Below, piece after piece: positions 59,841 through 64,000 of a DNA stretch of 64,000 nt (position 1 is its first letter; the number at the start of each line of letters is the position of its first letter). Under the pieces are notes generated by a model. That model made no database searches, had not been told where the DNA came from, and saw nothing but the letters and a program-made list of their open reading frames with translations. Both the position numbers and the translations under genes were made by a program. This DNA comes from Octopus vulgaris (lineage: Eukaryota), in assembly GCA_951406725.2 (NCBI GenBank), contig OX597816.1:162440001-162504000 (forward strand). Reading direction: 5' to 3'.

Positions 59841-60390
59841 ATATAGAATTTCTAAATACCTTGAAATGCAAGGTATGCTATGGTAGAAGCTATTCAGATT
59901 CATGTTACTAGTTTCTAGTTTTCTTATATTATCATCAGAGAAAATATACAAATATACAAATATACTCTCCACAAATGCATTCGCAGATTAACGTTATTTA
60001 TAGTGTATACAAAGTAAAACGCTGCTAAACTAACCAGTCTGATTTGCGTTGACAACATGGTTTCATATCACAGTATATATTAATTGCAAACAAATCTACC
60101 AGCGAATTCGATATTGCATATTCTATATACAGCTACAAGCTACAATTCTCTCTGTGGACATGTATAAGAACACATCAGATAGCTTTTTCTATCCGAGGAG
60201 TAAAACACAGGTAAAGCTTAAACATGTGTGTGGCTCTGCATGTGTGTGTGTGAGAGAGTGAGTGTGTGTGAAACAGTACTGCGCGACCAGGTGTTTGCCA
60301 GAATTAGTATCCATATATCTTTCCACTAATTCAATTATAGAGTCGAATTCATGTTTTCCTATGCATTTAAGAGGTTTACAAGCTCAGTTT

Positions 60391-60792
<402 letters not shown>

Positions 60793-60801
60793 GTCTGTCT
60801 G

Positions 60802-60838
<37 letters not shown>

Positions 60839-60893
60839 ATGTTTGTCTGTCTGTCTATCTATCTATGTATCTATCTATCTATAAGTCTGTGTG

Positions 60894-60927
<34 letters not shown>

Positions 60928-61134
60928 TCTATCTACATATATATATATTTGTTTATGTATCTATCAGTCTATTTATCTATCTATTTATCTGTTTCTCTCT
61001 CTCCCATCTCACTTCAGTTTTGCGTTCTATTCTATATATTAATATCTCTTAACAAATCCATATATAAATATGAACATACATATCTGCATAAATTTATTCG
61101 CGGAGTACTGGACATAGTATTCTATACATACTTA

Positions 61135-61185
<51 letters not shown>

Positions 61186-61449
61186 TCTTACGTACACACA
61201 CACACACACGCAAACACACATACATACACATATATATATGTATTTACATACATAAACATATATACAAATATATGAAACATCCTGGTTGACATCCTGGTAA
61301 AAAGCTGCTCTAATTAGCATTGTGCAGCCTCAAAATGTACGCATCCTACTTATTTATATAACATACACACATACATATTCATTTCACAAATACCTAAGTG
61401 CAAAAACACGCATATACGTATGAACGCAAATACATGCACACACATTTAC

Positions 61450-61480
<31 letters not shown>

Positions 61481-62087
61481 CACGCCATGTATAGTTTTAT
61501 ATATAAAAGACAAGCAACGATATATTTTTAACATCACTCAGTTATTTACTTATTATTATTTTTCCTTTTTTTATTGTCGCCTTACGCATGCAAATAAGTG
61601 AACATGAATGTTAAAAGCAAACAGCTTATTGAGTCTCCATTTGTGGTTAGCAAATCCGCGGGGAAAAGCTCTAACAGGAAACTAGGACGTGCAGAGTTTC
61701 ACAAAGTTCCGAAGAATTTCTTAAGGGATTAGAAATAATTTTGCGCTAGTTGAATCAAATATTATAATATTGTAATGACAGTGAAATATTCGTTCAGTAG
61801 ATAAGTGGGTTCAAATAAGTCTTTGAGACTTGAAATACCAGTAGAGAATACCATAACTTGGTGCCAGTATTTCTTTCAAATATTGGACTAATATTGTGAT
61901 ATTTAGGTAACGTGTCTCTATACAGATGCGCTCCAACACCCATACACGTGTACACTATTACCCCACACATACGCATGTGTGCACATAAATATAAATAAAT
62001 ATATACGTATATGTGTGTGTGTGTGAAATAGCGAGTGAGTGTGTGTGTGTGTCTGTGTGTGTATGTATTTGTATATATATGTATGTA

Positions 62088-62138
<51 letters not shown>

Positions 62139-62189
62139 TTATATATGTATGTATATATATGTGTATGTATGCATGTATGTATGTATACA

Positions 62190-62322
62190 TATACGACTGG
62201 CATCTTTCAGTTTCCGTCAACCAAATTCTCTCATAAGGTTTTGGTTAGCCTGGGGCTCTAGTAGAAGACACGCAGTAGGACTGAACCTGGAACCGTGTCG
62301 TTAGGAATAAGACTTCTTACCG
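62190..62322 (-). mobile_element. SINE family A, diverged 5' half
   Basis: CTTTCAGTTTCCGTCAACCAAAT...GACTGAACCTGGAACC. Confidence 0.7.
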
Positions 62323-62337
62323 CCTATGAATATGTAT

Positions 62338-62389
<52 letters not shown>

Positions 62390-62843
62390 CTAGGCTCAAC
62401 GTATACACACCGTGTACAGGCTAGGTGCAGCAGTATTCGTCCCACGATAACATTTCTTATAGGTGTGTTGTGTCAACAAAACATGTATCAGAGGAAAACG
62501 AAAACTCTCCCCAGTAGCGGCCAGCAAGTACACCAGATGTATTTCAGCCTTATTGGCTTTTCAATAACAAGTACTTGTGACTAACCACATACTCAGAGAA
62601 AAACCACCACGTCTCCAGTTTAGTTGCGAACAGTTGCTGGGCTGAATAAAAGTCGGTTACGATACTGAGTCTTTCCTAAATTTAAATAGCCATCTATGTA
62701 TCATACTTGATGTATATACACTTTTGATGGGCCAGTTACTACGGTATTCAACTTATGACAACATCTCTTATGGACGTGCTATGTCAAAAATGCAATAAAC
62801 CTCGAAGGGAGACAAAAATTACGGCAGTGGTCAAAAGAGCATT

Positions 62844-63050
62844 GTAGAGTTGCGTGGGTTAGTTGTTAAGGTGTTTAGACTCATGATCGTAAGTTTCGAT
62901 AACTGGGCCGGGTGACACGTTATGCTCTTGAGCAAATCACTTCATGTCACGTTGCTCCCGACCACTCAGCGTCCCGTCCAGGAGGAGAATATATACGCCA
63001 TTGAAACCGGGAAACTGGACCTTATGAGTCGATATGGATCAAGAAGGTAA
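62844..63050 (+). mobile_element. SINE family D, diverged
   Basis: CTCATGATCGTAAG...CTTGAGCAAATCACTTCATGTCACGTTGCTC...TACGCCATTGAAACCGGGAAAC. Confidence 0.75.
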
Positions 63051-63251
63051 CTTTACCGTTCCTTTTTTCTTACCTTTTGCCACAAGAACATCAGATCCTC
63101 ATTGTTCTGGGTGCTTTTGTAGTCGCGAGAAGATATAACCTCTTCGACCTTCCACTCCTTAGCTCAGCGAATTGTCGAAGATGTAAATACTAAAAAAGGG
63201 AGCTGCGGCAACACTACGTTGCTAGTTATTTTATAGGGGATTAAACTGCAG

Positions 63252-63380
63252 CGGGAAGGGGCGTGGTCGAGTGATTGGGGTGTTGTACTTAATTAAGTAT
63301 GAATGTCATTTCGATACCAGGACCGGGCGCTGCATTGTGGTCTTAAGCAGTTCACTTCATTTCACATTACTCTAGTCCAT
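63252..63380 (+). mobile_element. SINE family D head, diverged
   Basis: TTTCGATACCAGGACCGGGCG...CACTTCATTTCACATTACTCTAGTCCA. Confidence 0.6.
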
Positions 63381-63715
63381 CATCATCATCACCATAATCA
63401 TCATCAATATCATCATGATTGTCACCATGATCATCATCCTTATCGTCATGATCATTATCCTCATCGTCATCAACTTCATCATTATCATTATCATCATCAT
63501 CATCATTATGATTATCTTCGTATATCATTATCGTCTTCGCTTTCATCATCATCATCATCATCGTCAACATCATCATCAACATAATCATCGTCATCAATAT
63601 GATGATGATCATCATTATCATGATCACCATTGTTATCATGATCATCATCATGGTCATCATGATTATCATCGTCATCATCGTCATTGTCATCGTCATCATC
63701 AACACCATCATCATT
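63378..63715 (+). repeat. Degenerate (CAT)n microsatellite
   Basis: Direct reading. Confidence 0.9.
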
Positions 63716-63904
63716 TAATATCCGTTTCACATGCTTGCATAGCTTGCGCCGTTCACTCTGCCGTAAATGAATTCCAGCAATACCTGGGAAATTAATTCTG
63801 CGGCGTCTCATTCACAGTTGTACCTGTAATCTCAATCCGTTATACGCAATGGAAACCGTGAAAAGCTTCAGCCTTACGAGTCCCATGGCTGAACCCAAAC
63901 CTAA

Positions 63905-64000
63905 GTCTGCGGATAGACTGGAGCAACGTAAAACGAAACACTCAGCTCAAAGATACAATGCGTAACCAAGGCTACAGATCGAACACATGACGTTATGATC
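63905..64000 (-). mobile_element. SINE family D fragment (runs off the window)
   Basis: GACTGGAGCAACGTAAAACG..GCTCAAAGATACAATGCG..ATCGAAC. Confidence 0.6.

Overview
Eukaryotic, AT-rich, extremely microsatellite-dense DNA (intronic or intergenic). The repeat repertoire is most consistent with an octopus/coleoid cephalopod genome; this assignment is from recall of repeat families, not a database result. No host protein-coding gene can be called confidently, and almost all ORFs in the track are translations of (TA)n, (CA)n, (TATC)n or (TAA)n arrays. The real content is mobile DNA: four tRNA-derived SINE families (A-D); many 5'-truncated R4/Dong-clade RLE-type LINE fragments stacked co-directionally inside (TAA)n arrays; CR1-type and RTE LINE fragments; mariner relics; and a Ty3/Gypsy gag-protease fragment. 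The most interesting signals are three. (i) Short Penelope-like elements carry minimal type-I hammerhead ribozymes, including a head-to-head pair with a tRNA B-box (141-186, 536-581) and a family with a recurrent non-canonical CUGUNGA core. (ii) A putative sequence-specific retroelement appears inserted twice in tandem at the same site in the tRNA-like head of SINE A, with a 16-bp target duplication (34445-35358). (iii) Multi-family Dong stacks occupy the TAA arrays. All element boundaries were read by eye and are approximate.
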